From assembly GCA_951406725.2 (NCBI GenBank), contig OX597815.1:119660001-119724000 (forward strand): a stretch of 64,000 bases of DNA. The letters run 5' to 3'. Numbering within the stretch: the first letter of the stretch is position 1; every line of letters begins with the position of its first letter. Position numbers and translations under genes: made by a program. This stretch comes from Octopus vulgaris. Taxonomy: Eukaryota. Below the pieces are notes generated by a model, which was given only the letters and a program-made list of their open reading frames with translations, had not been told where the DNA came from and made no database searches. Below, piece by piece: positions 41,569 through 55,120 of this stretch.

Positions 41569-41772
41569 AACATACACACACACATATATATTAACGAAAA
41601 TACATGTATATATGATGATTACTTCATTTTATCAGATGATAGCCATCTCACATTTGGCCAGATTATATATATATATTTATATATACCCACCATTATAGAT
41701 AATACAAAATGTACATTTTTGGTTTTTTCATAATTTCATAATGTGATGGAAATCTGTAGTATAGCAATTGCA

Positions 41773-41866
41773 TGCGGCTGAAGAGAGCTTTAAACCATCT
41801 GTTATGTCGATTATACATTGATGTAAAAATAGGTTGTTGTATAAAGCTTGAAACACGTGTACTGCG
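41773..41866 (+). ncRNA. Type-I hammerhead ribozyme motif, apparently intact
   Basis: tgcgg-CTGAAGA-gagcttt...aaagctt-GAAA-cacgtg-TA-ctgcg; stems I and II pair, stem III is the palindrome ACACGTGT, predicted cleavage after GUA (41861). Confidence 0.7.
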
Positions 41867-42004
41867 ACATCCTTTGTGTTCTGTTTTTTATTTCATCTGA
41901 TGCATATATATATATATATATATATATAACAAATTAAAAAGGGTGGTTTATTAGCAATTATAACCTAAAGGCAAAATTAACAGAGGTTACAAAAGTGAGA
42001 GAAG

Positions 42005-42457
42005 GTACTGACTAGCACTGCTTTTGCTAAAAATAAGAGTTAAAACAACTCAAAGGCCACAAAAGCACAGTTTTAATTACTGACAAAGGGAGGTAAGTTC
42101 CCAGCATACATGGTTAGAATGCGATTTCGGATTTTGATGTAGACCATCTTAATCCTTATCAATGACTCTTAACATCTAGGACTCAACTCCCTCTGTCAGT
42201 CTTATAAGAAAAACTGTTGAAAACATGTACTGATTTTCACAATGGTAGAAGTGTAAACAACAAATTATTAGCAGTTTAACCCTAGGTATTAAAAGCCACT
42301 GATGAAGATTAAGATGTTTACATTAAAATCTGAAATCACGATCCGACTATGTACACTGGGGATTTACCTCCCTTTGTCAGTCATCATGACACTGCTTTTG
42401 TGGCTTTCGAGCTGTTTTAATTCTTATTTTTAGCAAAAGCAGTGCTAGTCAGTACCC
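42005..42457. mobile_element. PLE-derived inverted-repeat unit with a hammerhead motif in each arm
   Basis: Arms ~42005-42170 and ~42292-42457; plus strand CTGATGA-agatt...aatct-GAAA-tcacga-TC at 42299-42343. Confidence 0.7.
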
Positions 42458-42458
42458 C

Positions 42459-42573
<115 letters not shown>

Positions 42574-42837
42574 AGTATGTATGTATGTATGTATGTATGT
42601 ATATATAATAATAATAATAATAATATTAGAGAGTATAACTCCAAACTTACAGGGAAAAATTCAAATTTCACAATATAAATACATAATATATAAATTAGAG
42701 AAAAACCACCATTATGCAATTCAAACAATGATAGACATAAACCAAATCATAAATAAAAAATAAAATATATTTTTTAAAACATATAACTAGATCACAAAAA
42801 GTACAAAAATTAATAAACAATATATGATAATCAAAAA

Positions 42838-42939
42838 AACTACTTACATTTCATGGCTACAATTTACATTCGAATTACAATTAAATTTAAATTTAATCGC
42901 AAAACAATTCAATTTAAAATTATAGTCACTCTTCAGGTT
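42838..42939 (-). ncRNA. Hammerhead ribozyme motif in an AT-rich PLE remnant
   Basis: aac-CTGAAGA-gtgactataattt...aaattgtagccat-GAAA-tgtaag-TA-gtt; stem III decayed. Confidence 0.55.
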
Positions 42940-43538
42940 AACAATGATAACAATAATAGTTAAATAAATAAGCAAATAGAATTAAACAATATTTCTTAAA
43001 GAAATAAAATCATGATTTTTCTTATAGAAGAAACTCCATTAACTAAATTTGAAACTTAATACATTAGGACCAGTTGCCTACAATACATTTATTATGTTAA
43101 AATTTTAAGTTAAAAAAAATAGAGTAAATAGATAGAAAAATGTATTTATCTGTGAAGATATAATTTAGCTTAATAAAAAATATTAATAAACTATAGAATA
43201 TCTTTAACCTAGCTATACTCTAATATTACCAAACTATTTTACAAAACAATCACTCTTAATATTTTTAGATTTTAGTTCACATATAATAATTATAAAATAA
43301 TAAATTTATATAAAAGTACGTATTTAAATTATAATCAACAAATATAGTAATTAAAAATCCATTATGCTTTCTTCCTTAGTTAAGATCTTTAGTATGTCTC
43401 AGGATTTAACCATGTCTCTCGTACTCTCAGTTTTTTATTTCAGCTTCCAACATGCTGATACTTCTATCTACATGCTCTATAAAGGTATCATCTGCATACT
43501 ATATATGTGTGTATATATATGTATGTATAAATATGTAC

Positions 43539-43577
<39 letters not shown>

Positions 43578-43689
43578 TGTGTATATATATGTATTTATGT
43601 GTAATATAGGTGCAAGCACGGCATAGTGGTTTAGAAGTTTCCATTATATCGACCTCCACCCGTACATCTATATCTATCTATATATATGT

Positions 43690-43975
43690 ATATTTAATAA
43701 TTAGGGTTCAGCAAAGATTTGCTTTACCACATACCGAAGTTTAGAAATAGCAGCCAGAGAACCTTAGCTATTTCCTCTACTTTAAAAAGAGATTCCCGGA
43801 CAAAAACAAAATACTCGAAAACAAACCACGCAGGCAGAGATGAAGAATAATGAAAATCAATCGATATTTGATTTTCTTTTTAAAGTAGAGGAAATAGCTA
43901 AGGTTCTCTGGCTGCTATTTCTAAACTTCGGTATGTGGTAAAGCAAATCTTTGCTGAACCCTAATTATTAAATAT
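43690..43975. repeat. Perfect 101-bp inverted repeat with 84-bp spacer
   Basis: 43690-43790 is the exact reverse complement of 43875-43975; diverged relative near 54945-55010. Confidence 0.95.
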
Positions 43976-44429
43976 TACTTAGGTTTACCAAGAAATGGTC
44001 CCTTTTCATGCCGAATTCTACTTAGTGAAATTATTGATTACTAGTTAATTAATTAATTTTACCCTTTGTCATTATTTATAATATATATATGTATATATAT
44101 ATATATAAGGAGAGCTTCCACACAGCTTCTGTCTATCCAATTCACTCACAAGGCATTAGTCAGCTTGGATCTATACCAGAAGACACTTGCCCAAAGTGTC
44201 ACACAGTGAGGCTGAACCCCAAAACATATGGTCGCAAGGTAGATTTCTTAACCATATGACCATGTCTGTGGCAACAATTTCTATCACTTTCTAACCACAT
44301 TATATTTCATTAATTTATCATTAATGTATTTTATTTTATTGTATTAATTATATTATTACTAAAGGTTATTTTACATTATTAAGTTTATCATTAACATAGT
44401 TTATATTTTACTAAAATTCTATTATTATT

Positions 44430-47400
44430 ATGCAAGAAATAAGGTGGAGAGGAGGATCTGCTAGGGTCCTCACAGGCAAGGAACACAGGTACAAGATTTT
44501 CTGGGTAGGGAACACTGACGGGGTTGGTGGCGTGGGTATACTTATCGCTGAGAAATGGATAGATAGAGTAATTGAGGTAATCAGAGTAAGTGACAGAATA
44601 CTTAAGATTAGAATAGTGCTTCATAATAGATTAGCAACCATTATATCGGCCTATGCCCCTCAGCCAGGGCTACCCGATGGATAGAAAGACAGTTTCTATG
44701 ACACCCTACTGCAGACCACCTCATTGACGAACGACAGGGACCTTCTCTTTGTGGCTGGTGATTTCAATGGGCATGTTGGACGACATGCTGGGGGCTTCCA
44801 TGGCGTACATGGAGGCTACGGTTATGGTTCCCGCAACGAGGGGGAACCAGGCTGCTGGAGTTCTGCGATGCAAATAGTCTTATGGTCTGCAACACTAACT
44901 TCAGGAAACCAACAAGCCACCTGGTCACCTACCGATCGGGCCGGCATACTAGCCAAATCGACTACATCCTTACCAGAAAAAGGGAAAGATGGCTGCTTAT
45001 AAATGCCAAAACCTTCCCAGGCGAAGAATGCACCCCACAACATAGACTGGTAGTTAGTGACTTTAGGATCAGGACTAAGAGGGCGACTAGAAGACGACCA
45101 ACATGGAGAAGAAAGGTCTGGAAGCTTAAAGACCCTGCGAATGGACAGAGATTTAGAGATATGTTACTTGAAGCCTTTGACGAAGTGGAAGGGGGTATAG
45201 CTACACATGGGGTAGAAGACAACTGGACGTTTCTGAGGGACAACCTGCTGAAAGCCGCTGACCAGATCTGTGGCTGGTGCAAAGTCCCCTTAAGACCCAA
45301 AATAACGTGGTGGTGGAACAATATTGTTGACAGGGCTATTAGACAAAAGAAACAGGCTTGGAAGGCCTGGAAGAACGGAGGTAGCAGGGAAGGGTATCAG
45401 ACTGCCAGAAGGGAAGCTAGGAGACAGGTCTATCTAGCCAGAGGGGAAGCAGATAAGAGAAAATTTGCCAATGTCCTGCGCCGTGAGGATGAAAGACTTG
45501 AGGTATTTCGTGTTGCAAGACAGTGTGTGAGAGAGAATCGTGATGTGGTAGGAGAGAAATGTGTTCGCATGGAGGATGGTTCACTTGCGCTAAATGAGGA
45601 TGCAAAGAGAGAAGCTTGGAGATGCCACTATGAAAGGTTGCTGAATGAGGAAAATGAATGGGATAAAGAGAGTCTGCCGAATGTTGACCCTACAGAGGGA
45701 CCAGCTATCCGAGTTGATAGTTCCGTGGTAGCTAAGGCAATTAGAAGCATGAAGACAGGGAAAGCCCCAGGCCCATCAGGAATTACTGCAGAGATGCTCA
45801 AAATATCTGGCAGTGTCGGCTATAACCTAGTCACCCGTATAGTCAACCAGGTGATACACGAAGGAGTCATACCCAATGACTGGTGCAGCAGCATACTAGT
45901 CAACTGCTACAAAGGTAAAGGTGATGCCCTAGATACAAATAATTACAGAGGTATCAAACTGTTGGATCAAGTAATGAAGGTTACGGAGAGGGTCATAGCC
46001 CAACTAATTAGAGAGAGAGTTAGTTTAGATGAGATGCAGTTTGGGTTCGTGCCAGGGAAAAGTACCACTGATGCTATATTCCTGGTAAGGCAGCTGCAGG
46101 AGAAATACCTAGCCAAAGATAGGCCCCTGTACCTGGCTTTCGTTGACATGGAGAAAGCTTTTGATAGGGTCCCCTGATCCCTTATCTGGTGGTCAATGAG
46201 GAAACTAGGGATAGATGAATGGCTGGTGAGGACTGTGCAAGCCATGTACAGAGATGCCGTAAGTAAGGTTAGGGTTGGAAACATGTACACAGAAGAATTC
46301 AAAGTAGAGGTTGGGGTCCACCAGGGTTCAGTACTCAGCCCCCTCCTATTTATCATAGTACTCCAGGCAATTACGGAGGAATTCAAGACAGGCTGTCCCT
46401 GGGAGCTCCTCTACGCTGACGACCTTGCTCTTATTGCTGAGTCACTATCAGAACTGGAGGAGAAGTTCCAGGTGTGGAAGGAGGGTTTAGAATCAAGGGG
46501 CCTTAGAGTCAACCTAGCTAAAACCAAAGTACTAATAAGTAGAAAGGTAGACAATCCACAAATATCTTCAGGAAGATGGCCCTGCTCGATCTGTAGAAAA
46601 GGTGTAGGTAGAAACTCTATAAGATGTACCCAGTGTAAGCTATGGACACATAAGAGGTGCAGCAATGTCAAAGGTAGGCTAACTGGGAAGATAGTTTTTG
46701 TATGTGGCAGATGCTCGGGAGCATTAACCTTCGAAAATCTGCAGAAAACAACTTCCGTCACTTTCCAGGGGGAAAAACTAGAAGTAGTTGATAGCTTCCG
46801 TTATCTAGGTGACCAAGTCAGTAGTGGGGGTGGGTGCGCTGAAAGTGTAACTGCTAGAATAAGAATAGCCTGGGCAAAGTTTAGGGAGCTCTTACCTCTG
46901 CTGGTGACTCTTGCTCAGAGTAAAAGGCAGACTGTATGATGCGTGTGTACGAACAGCCATGCTACATGGCAGCGAAACATGGGCCGTGACTGCTGAGGAC
47001 ATGCGTAAGCTCGTGAGGAATGAAGCCAGTATGCTCCGATGGATGTGTAATGTCAGTGTACATACTCGACAGAGCGTTAGCACCTTGAGAGAAATGTTGT
47101 ACCTAAGAAGCATCAGTTGTGGTGTGCAGAGAGACGATTGCGCTGGTATGGTCATGTGGCGAGAATGGATGAAGATGGGTGTGTGAGAAAGTGCCAATCC
47201 CTAGCAGTTGAGGGAACCCGTGGAAGAGGCAGACCCAGGAAAACCTGGGACGAGGTGGAGAACCACGACCTTCGAACTTTAGGCCTCACTGAGGAAATGA
47301 CCAGCGACCGAGACCTTTGGAAATATTCTGTACGTGAGAAGACCAGGCAGGACAAGTGAGCCCAGCCCACTTATGAATGCCTTTCCTCCCTTGGACACAA

Positions 47401-47778
47401 AGACCGGTTGAGGCAAGCGAAGTCGATATAGAACCTCACCCGACGACAGACACCCATGCCAACCCCCCATGCTTGCGAAGACATGTTGGGGCAATCGAAA
47501 TCGAAACCGAATTGAACCAGCCAGGATCCCTGGCCTGGTGGTACGTAAAAAGCACTATCCGACTCGTGGCCGTGGCACGTAAAATACTCCAATGGCACGT
47601 AAAAAGCACCCACTACACTCACGGAGTGGTTGGCGTTAGGAAGGGCATCCAGCTGTAGAAACATTGCCAGATTAGACTGGAGCCTGGTGCAGCCTTCTGG
47701 CTTTCCAGAACCCTGGTCGAACCGTCCAACCCATGCTAGCATGGAGAACGGACGTTAAACGATGATGATGATGATGAT
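44430..47778 (+). mobile_element. RTE-clade LINE, 5'-truncated, disrupted ORF (APE endonuclease, RT, Cys-rich finger)
   Basis: APE motifs (SAYAP, GDFN, IDY, QHRLV), RT motifs (QFGF, DMEKAFD, HQGSVLSP, YADD), RRLRWYGHVARM and RGRGRP; stops at ~44682 and 46175 plus frameshifts; (GAT)6 tail at 47761-47778. Confidence 0.95.
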
Positions 47779-48195
47779 TACCATGGAAATTCCCTAATAT
47801 GGCCAAAAGCCGATAGCTGAAACCAGTAGAAGAATATATTCTATTTTATTTTGTAATTATCATATTCTATTTTAATTTATTATTTTAATACCATATTTTA
47901 TTTTATCTTATTAATGGCGTTATTACTGTATTGTAGTTTTTTATTTCATTATTTATTTTCTGATTTATAATTTTATTATTTTATTTTAATGTGTCACAGC
48001 TCAGTGAACAACTCTCATTTCTTGTTTTTGCTTCTAAAATCTATTTTGTTTCTGAATACATGTAATTTTTGGACTATATTTGCACTACATTTGTTGAGCA
48101 CTCTGATGTATGGCAATAAGGTGAGCAATATGAAGTAATTCATCTTTCAGGATACTTAATGATAGCTATTTCACTTCATTTATACTACTTATACT

Positions 48196-48521
48196 GCTGG
48201 CACTCTGTTGGTTACAACAATAAGAGTTCCACTTGATCTGATCAACAGAACAGCCTGCTTGTGAAAGTAATGTACAAGTGGCTGAGTACCCCACAGACAC
48301 ATAGACCCTTAACGTAGTTCCCAGGGAGATTCAGTGTGACATGAAGTGGGACAAGGCTGGCCCTTTGAACTACAAGTACTACTCATTTTTGCCAGCTGGG
48401 AGGACTGGAACAATGTGAAATAAAGTGTCTTGCTCAAGAACACAATTCATTGCTGGGAATTGAACACATGACCCTACGATTGTGAGCTGAATACTCTAAC
48501 CACTAAGCTACGTGCCTTCAC
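48196..48521 (-). mobile_element. tRNA-derived SINE family D (head/core shared with family C)
   Basis: TAGCTTAGTGG A box and TTGTGTTCTTGAGCAAGACACTTTATTTC core. Confidence 0.75.
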
Positions 48522-48608
48522 TACTATTTTTGAAAAAAGTATGAGTATCACAATGTTTAACTGTGTCATATCCCTTGAAGGCAACAGAATATACAATCAT
48601 TTGATGGA

Positions 48609-48812
48609 CACCATATTTGATGGCTTATAAGACAAAATTTGTTTTAAAAAAATGTCTGAAAAGAAACAACCACAGGTCCTATAGGCAAAGTTGGGCCTTC
48701 TATAAGTTGTTACATGCTTTAATGTACTAAAAACATTTTCCTGAATATACACTGCTGAAGGTGGAGTGTGTTTAATATACCCATGTTGTCTTATATGTAA
48801 TGAAATATGTTA
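48609..48812. mobile_element. Tc1/pogo-like MITE
   Basis: CCATATTTGATGGCTTATAAGAC terminus shared with 6118-6604. Confidence 0.6.
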
Positions 48813-50629
48813 CCTCTGATTATGGAAGATATAACATAAGATAATCGAGGTATTATCAATGCCAAGTTGTCGTTTCAGTAAGAGAGACAAGCAGATAGAA
48901 AAAGAGAAAGTGGGAGAGGGGAGAGGAGGGAGGGAGGGTGGGAGGGAGGAAGGGATAGGGAGAGAAAGAGAAGAATCACTCTTAGCAGCACATAACTGGC
49001 ATTTTATTTATCAATCCTGGAATAGTAGTGCAGCTAGAGGGGAGAAGGTGGTCCACCTCAGGTGATGTTTTTAAGGGGCAGCACTTTTGGGTCTGCTATG
49101 GTGGTGGAAGTCAACTTGTGACTGAGTAAGTCCAGTTCCTAAATTCAGTAAGACCATGCAAATATTTGGAGAGTTCAAGAAGTTGCTGAGCATGAATTTG
49201 CTTTGAGTGGGTGAAGTGTTGCACAGTATCGACTCTCTTTTCAGTGCAATCAGCTATAACACCAGGAGTACAAAAGAAGTTGAAACGACCAGAAACTGAC
49301 TGCATTTCAGGTTTTTTATAGGAGTTTACTTTCAAGAAGGAAGTTCTAATGAGAACTAAGGGTCCTTCACTCCCAATTGTTCTTCTGCTAGTTAACCCTT
49401 AGCTGGAACCCTAACAGTTGCTACTATTCTATGTCAGAGTAGACCTTAGAACAATAATAGTTAAGAGGTGGAAACCCTGGAACTCCTGTACCAGGGCCCC
49501 ATTAAAGTCATATTCAGGATCTGCTGCATAAGCCTGTGTAAGTGGCAAACAAAATGACGGGAGAGAGGGCAGCAAACTCAAGGGTTGCCCTAAGTGGAAA
49601 ACACGTTAGTTATGTCACTGCCCAGGAAAGAGGAAATGCAAAGTCAACTGTGGCAGTATTTGAACCCAAAGCTCAGATAAATGAGGTCAATTACTTGACT
49701 CTTTGTTATCAGAAAGACCTATGAATGAGTGATTATGCTTATTGGCTCAAAGATCTACATAGTAGAGTAGAGGTTATGACATTCATACCTTTCTCAAAAG
49801 TATTGACTAAGTAAATAAGATAACAGTAATAGATTTGTTAAAATTATGTTGCATACTTGGACTGAGAAAGGGTTACAAATTTATTTTAGACTTTGAAAAT
49901 AAAACTTGGAATTCTAGTTGATAATTTCAAATATATTCACAAACACTAAATAAAGAAATTTCTAACCATTGAAACAAAGAACATTATCATTTTTTAACAT
50001 TTTTCAAAATATAGCAGTTTTAAGCTATCTGAAGATCATATCATTTGCACTGAGAAACTCTAGTAAAAAGCATTAAATCATTTCAATTTTGAATGAATAA
50101 AATAAAATAAATACTAGTTTCATGTATTTAGTTCTTTGAAAGCATTAAACGGAAACAACACCATAACAATTTTTGTTTGTCTGTCTTTCTCTCCATACAT
50201 ACAAACATCCATACAATGTGTGCATGTGTGTATGCTTGTGTTTGTGCATGTGTGCACAAATTATACAAATAATGGTGGTGCTCTTAACTCCTTACAGAGT
50301 TGTTAGAATGCTGTTCTGACATACAAAGTGTCTTGGGCATTTTGTATGATGCTAGTAGAGTCCATACTTCAAGCAGTTCAGAAAGCGACCAATTTTTTTT
50401 CAAAGAGAAAAAGACAGAGAAGAGGAATTTACTTCAGTGTTTGATTTGTCTTTATCTAAGGACACTGAAATGATAAAAAATACAAAAAACAATTTTAACA
50501 GTACTTGAACCCAGAGAATGGAGTGTCAGAACACATACTGCAAAGCATTCCATTCACTTTAATGACTCTGCTAATCCCCCACTATTTCATTTCTACATAT
50601 CAAGCAGGGTTATCTACCTGAAGGGATTT

Positions 50630-51090
50630 GCAATTTGTTCACTTTCCTACTTACAAAGACTTTGGTTTTTGCTAAATTAACTCTAAGGTTTTTTGATTCT
50701 AGGCCTTGCTTACACACCTGAAATGTCTTCTCTAGTTCTGGTAGTGATTCAGCCATAAGAACAAGCTCATCAGCATAGAGGAGCTCCCAGGGGCAGCCTA
50801 ACTGTTATTGCCTGGAGGACTATGATGAACAAAAGGAGACTGAGGACTGATCCTTGGTGATCCTCATCTTGTACCCTGAATTCATCGCTATTCTTTTTGC
50901 TAACCCTCACCTGACTGACAACATCCCTGCACATGGCTTCTACAGCTCTCACCAACCACTCCTGTATCCCTAGTTTCTGCATTGACCACCAGATAATGGA
51001 GTGGGAGATCCTATCAAAGGCTCTCTCCATGTCAACAAAAGCCAAGTACAGGAGTTTATTTTTGGTTGGGTACTTCTCTTGGTTAGGATC
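50630..51090 (-). mobile_element. RTE LINE RT fragment
   Basis: LYLAFVDMERAFDR...HQGSVLS...LLYADEL, homologous to ~46100-46540. Confidence 0.9.
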
Positions 51091-51489
51091 AACACACACA
51101 CATACATATATATAAGCAATATGTGTTTCCACTGCACAAAATATGTGCATTTTCTTAAGCAGCCAAGCATACTCTGTGATGTGGAAACATGTGTAGGTCA
51201 TTATAACCATAAAAATATGCTGTGTGACATTGTAAAATAAAAGGAAATAAATTTTGAGGATGTACCAGTTTCCATATTCTTTATCATGATAGTTATTGTT
51301 AATATACACTCTGGATAATATTACCAGCCAGCGATGTGAATATGGAATTAACCATCGGAGGAGTTTACAGTTACGGTATGAGTGACAACTCCTAGTAGCT
51401 ATAGACATTAAATACTAATCAATGCAGTTAGCCATAACCTAGTAAACAACAGAACTACCACGGAATCTGCCCAGATAATATATCCCTTT

Positions 51490-51805
51490 AAACTCACATA
51501 AATATATATATTAAGAAGGAAAAGGGAGGTAGTCAAGATTTAGATTAAAAACTATTTATTTTGCACTTTCATCTTGTTATGGAATTCATCATGAATGATA
51601 TTTTTTATACAAAATTTATAGTTTTGTATATGTGTGAGTTAGTGGTAAAAAATCTGGAGTTGAATTTTTTCAGCTAACTCACATATATATATAAAATGTA
51701 TGAATATTCCATAAAAATATTATTCATGATGGATCATTTAAATGGGTGAAAGTGCTAAATAAATAATTCTTATCCAAATCCTGACCATGTTCTTTTAATA
51801 TATAA
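51490..51805. mobile_element. PLE-derived inverted-repeat unit with degenerate hammerhead cores
   Basis: Arms invert around ~51660; ATGATG(A/G)...GAAA-gtgc-(T/A)A-aataaat on each arm. Confidence 0.55.
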
Positions 51806-52029
51806 AATCATTACACCACTTCAAACAAGTTATACATATATGAATGTTTGTATGTAGATAGATAAATATATAGATATTTGTGAATTCATGCCTTAAGGAT
51901 TACTTAAAGACACAAGGCATGATATATAAATCTGCTTAATTATTGTTTCCACAGCATGAAACTATTAGCAGCTTACATACTGTATGTATGTATGTATGTA
52001 TATATGTATATATATATATATATATAAAT

Positions 52030-52460
52030 TTAAAATGAGGGAGAGAAATTAGATATTAATTTAATTAACATAGATTTCACACCAGTAGTCTAGCATATAA
52101 AAAAACTGAAGGTTCAGTAAAATTGTATCATATACATATTAGAGGGAAACCACTATGTGTACACCCTTATGCTAGAAATAGATCTGTTATGGTCTTACCA
52201 CTAAGAAATGTTCTCAAGAAAAATTTAGCAAAACAACCAAAACGTAATCGAGCAAGACAAAAGAAAAAGCAATAAAAATATGGATTATTTGCATACATGT
52301 TTCACTATTAACATATTACGTAATTTTACTTACATAAATGTCTGTAGATCATCGGTGCGACCGTCCAGATGAATATAATTTGCAGGACTGCATACTAGGA
52401 CGTCCGCACTAGTAGTCAGATTTGTAAACAGTTCTACCCATTACACTCGTGGTTACTATT
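52030..52460 (-). mobile_element. PLE pLTR-like fragment with degenerate hammerhead (52290-52358)
   Basis: gca-CCGATGA...GAAA-catg-TA-tgc; bounded by (TA)n on both sides. Confidence 0.5.
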
Positions 52461-52467
52461 TCAAATG

Positions 52468-52504
<37 letters not shown>

Positions 52505-52644
52505 CTATGCCTATGCATGCAAGTTTTCCTTCTCTATGTCACTGATGTGTAGCCAACTTGGGCTAATACATCTTGACACCAGTGTTTTTGCAGACATTGC
52601 TCCAGAATGCAAAGAGCTAGTACAGATATAACAAAGTATCTTAC

Positions 52645-52966
52645 CTGAACCTCTTACAACTCTGCTAACCCAGCAGCCTGGAATTGAGCTGTTTTCATCA
52701 AACCCCAAATAAGATGAAAGACAAAGATTACACAGGCAGGATCTGAACTAAGAGTACAGAGATTCAGAATAAATACTATAGAGAATTCTATACATGGCCT
52801 TAACAACTGTACTAATTCACCATCTTTAATTGGTGTAGGATATAAACTGCATTGAGGAAGCAAAAAAGCTGATAGGTACTTTTCCCTGTTATTCTCATGT
52901 CAGAGATGCAGCGAATTTATCACTGGTATACTGGAACTTGTAACCAACAATGTTATCGTTCACAAA
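52645..52966 (-). other. Possible non-coding exon
   Basis: T-rich tract + cacag acceptor and CAG|GTAAGA donor bracket 322 nt of unique sequence with stops in all frames. Confidence 0.2.
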
Positions 52967-53159
52967 CTGTGATATAAAATAGATAAAAAAAATAAATAGA
53001 TAAATAAAAATGTGAATGAATGAATAAATAAATATATGAAGGTAGACTTGGTTAATAAATGTTCCCAAAAAACAAAAATAAAGAAAACTTTTAACATCTT
53101 GATACACACAGACACATATATGTATGTGTGTGTGCATGTGTGTCAATCTATCTGTATAC

Positions 53160-53250
<91 letters not shown>

Positions 53251-53256
53251 TGTGTA

Positions 53257-53289
<33 letters not shown>

Positions 53290-53291
53290 TA

Positions 53292-53624
53292 AAACCCCCT
53301 TCAGTCATGAATGACCATGGGATTGCACCTAGAAAGTTACTCTCCGAGGCACACGTCCGAGCAAGGTTGTTTATGGAAGACCAACAGTCGCCCATGCATA
53401 CCGGCCTCCCCTCGTCACGCCACCAGTGTTATCCAAGGGAAAGGCAACAGCTGATACAGCTTGATACCTGTGACGTCGCAACTCATTTCTGCAGCTGATT
53501 GAACTGGAGCAACGTGAAATAAAGTGTCTTGCACAAGAACACAACATGCAGCCTGGTCCGGGATTCAAACTCACAAGCTCGCGATTGTAAGCTCGACTCT
53601 CTAACCACTGAACCATGTGCCATC
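53292..53624 (-). mobile_element. SINE family C, full length
   Basis: Homologous to 28904-29205. Confidence 0.85.
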
Positions 53625-53652
53625 ACACACACACACACACATAATTACTTAC

Positions 53653-53711
<59 letters not shown>

Positions 53712-54294
53712 TTATGCATGTATATGTATGTATGTATGTATTGATTGTTTGAAGTTGTGTACACACATAAACACGCACACACATATATAATGTGTGTGTG
53801 TGTATACATACAAACACACACCTGTATATATATAAGAAAACAGTAAAGTATTAACTAGAACCTTAGCAATTTTCTTTTGCTAAGGAAAAAGGTTTACATA
53901 AAAACAAAGCAGAAAAGACCGAGAATAAAAAAAAAGACCAAATCAAAGAAGTTCTCAAAAAGAAAATAAAACAAGTTAAAGAATAAAAAGATATAGAAAA
54001 GAAAGAGAAAAACTGTCTTTGTGGTCAGTACCCTGCAAGGAATTCAGCCAATATAAAAAGCAGACAATTGTTCAAAAGTTTTGGACTTAAAGGCAGAAAT
54101 GAAAGACTGTGCAAGATTAATGTCTGGTCACAAAAAACTACCAAAACAAAATAAAATAATAGGTTGGACACTATGTAATCAACATAAAGAAACAAGGAAC
54201 CATTCCATTTTTGGTTGTGCAGGCCTTGCAAAGACTGAATATATTCACATATATATAAGTGGGCAGATAGCTATATACTGAAAAATGTCCTGAG

Positions 54295-54431
<137 letters not shown>

Positions 54432-54480
54432 AGGCAAATATCTTGTCTGTTTACTATACACACACCCACACACACAAACA

Positions 54481-54521
<41 letters not shown>

Positions 54522-55035
54522 TCTTTTACTCTTATACACATTTCAGTCATTTGACTGCAGACATGTGGGAGCACCACTTTCAGTCAAAGAAATCGATTCC
54601 AGGACTTATTCTTTGTAAGCCTACTATTTATTCTATTGGTCTCTCTTTCTAAATTGCTAAATTTAGCGAACATAAACACACTAACAGTGGTTGTCACGTG
54701 ATGGTAAGGGGACAAACACAGACGCAAAGATACACAGAAATCAACATCGTTTATCGTTTAACGTCCGCTTTCCATGCTTGCATGGGTTGGACGATTTGAC
54801 TGAGGACTGGCAAACAATTCTAATCCCAAAATGCATACATGGTTAATGAAGGACTGGTTAGTTACATTATTATTTGTCTTCTTTTTGCCTGTGTGAGTTA
54901 CAGGTATTACTGTCTGTGGAAATATATTGTAGTCGAAGAATTAGTAGTTTTGACTGCTATTTCTAAATTTTCGGTATGTGGTGAAGCAACTTTTTGCTAA
55001 TCCCTTAATTAAGTTTATGTATATATGTATGTATG

Positions 55036-55120
<85 letters not shown>

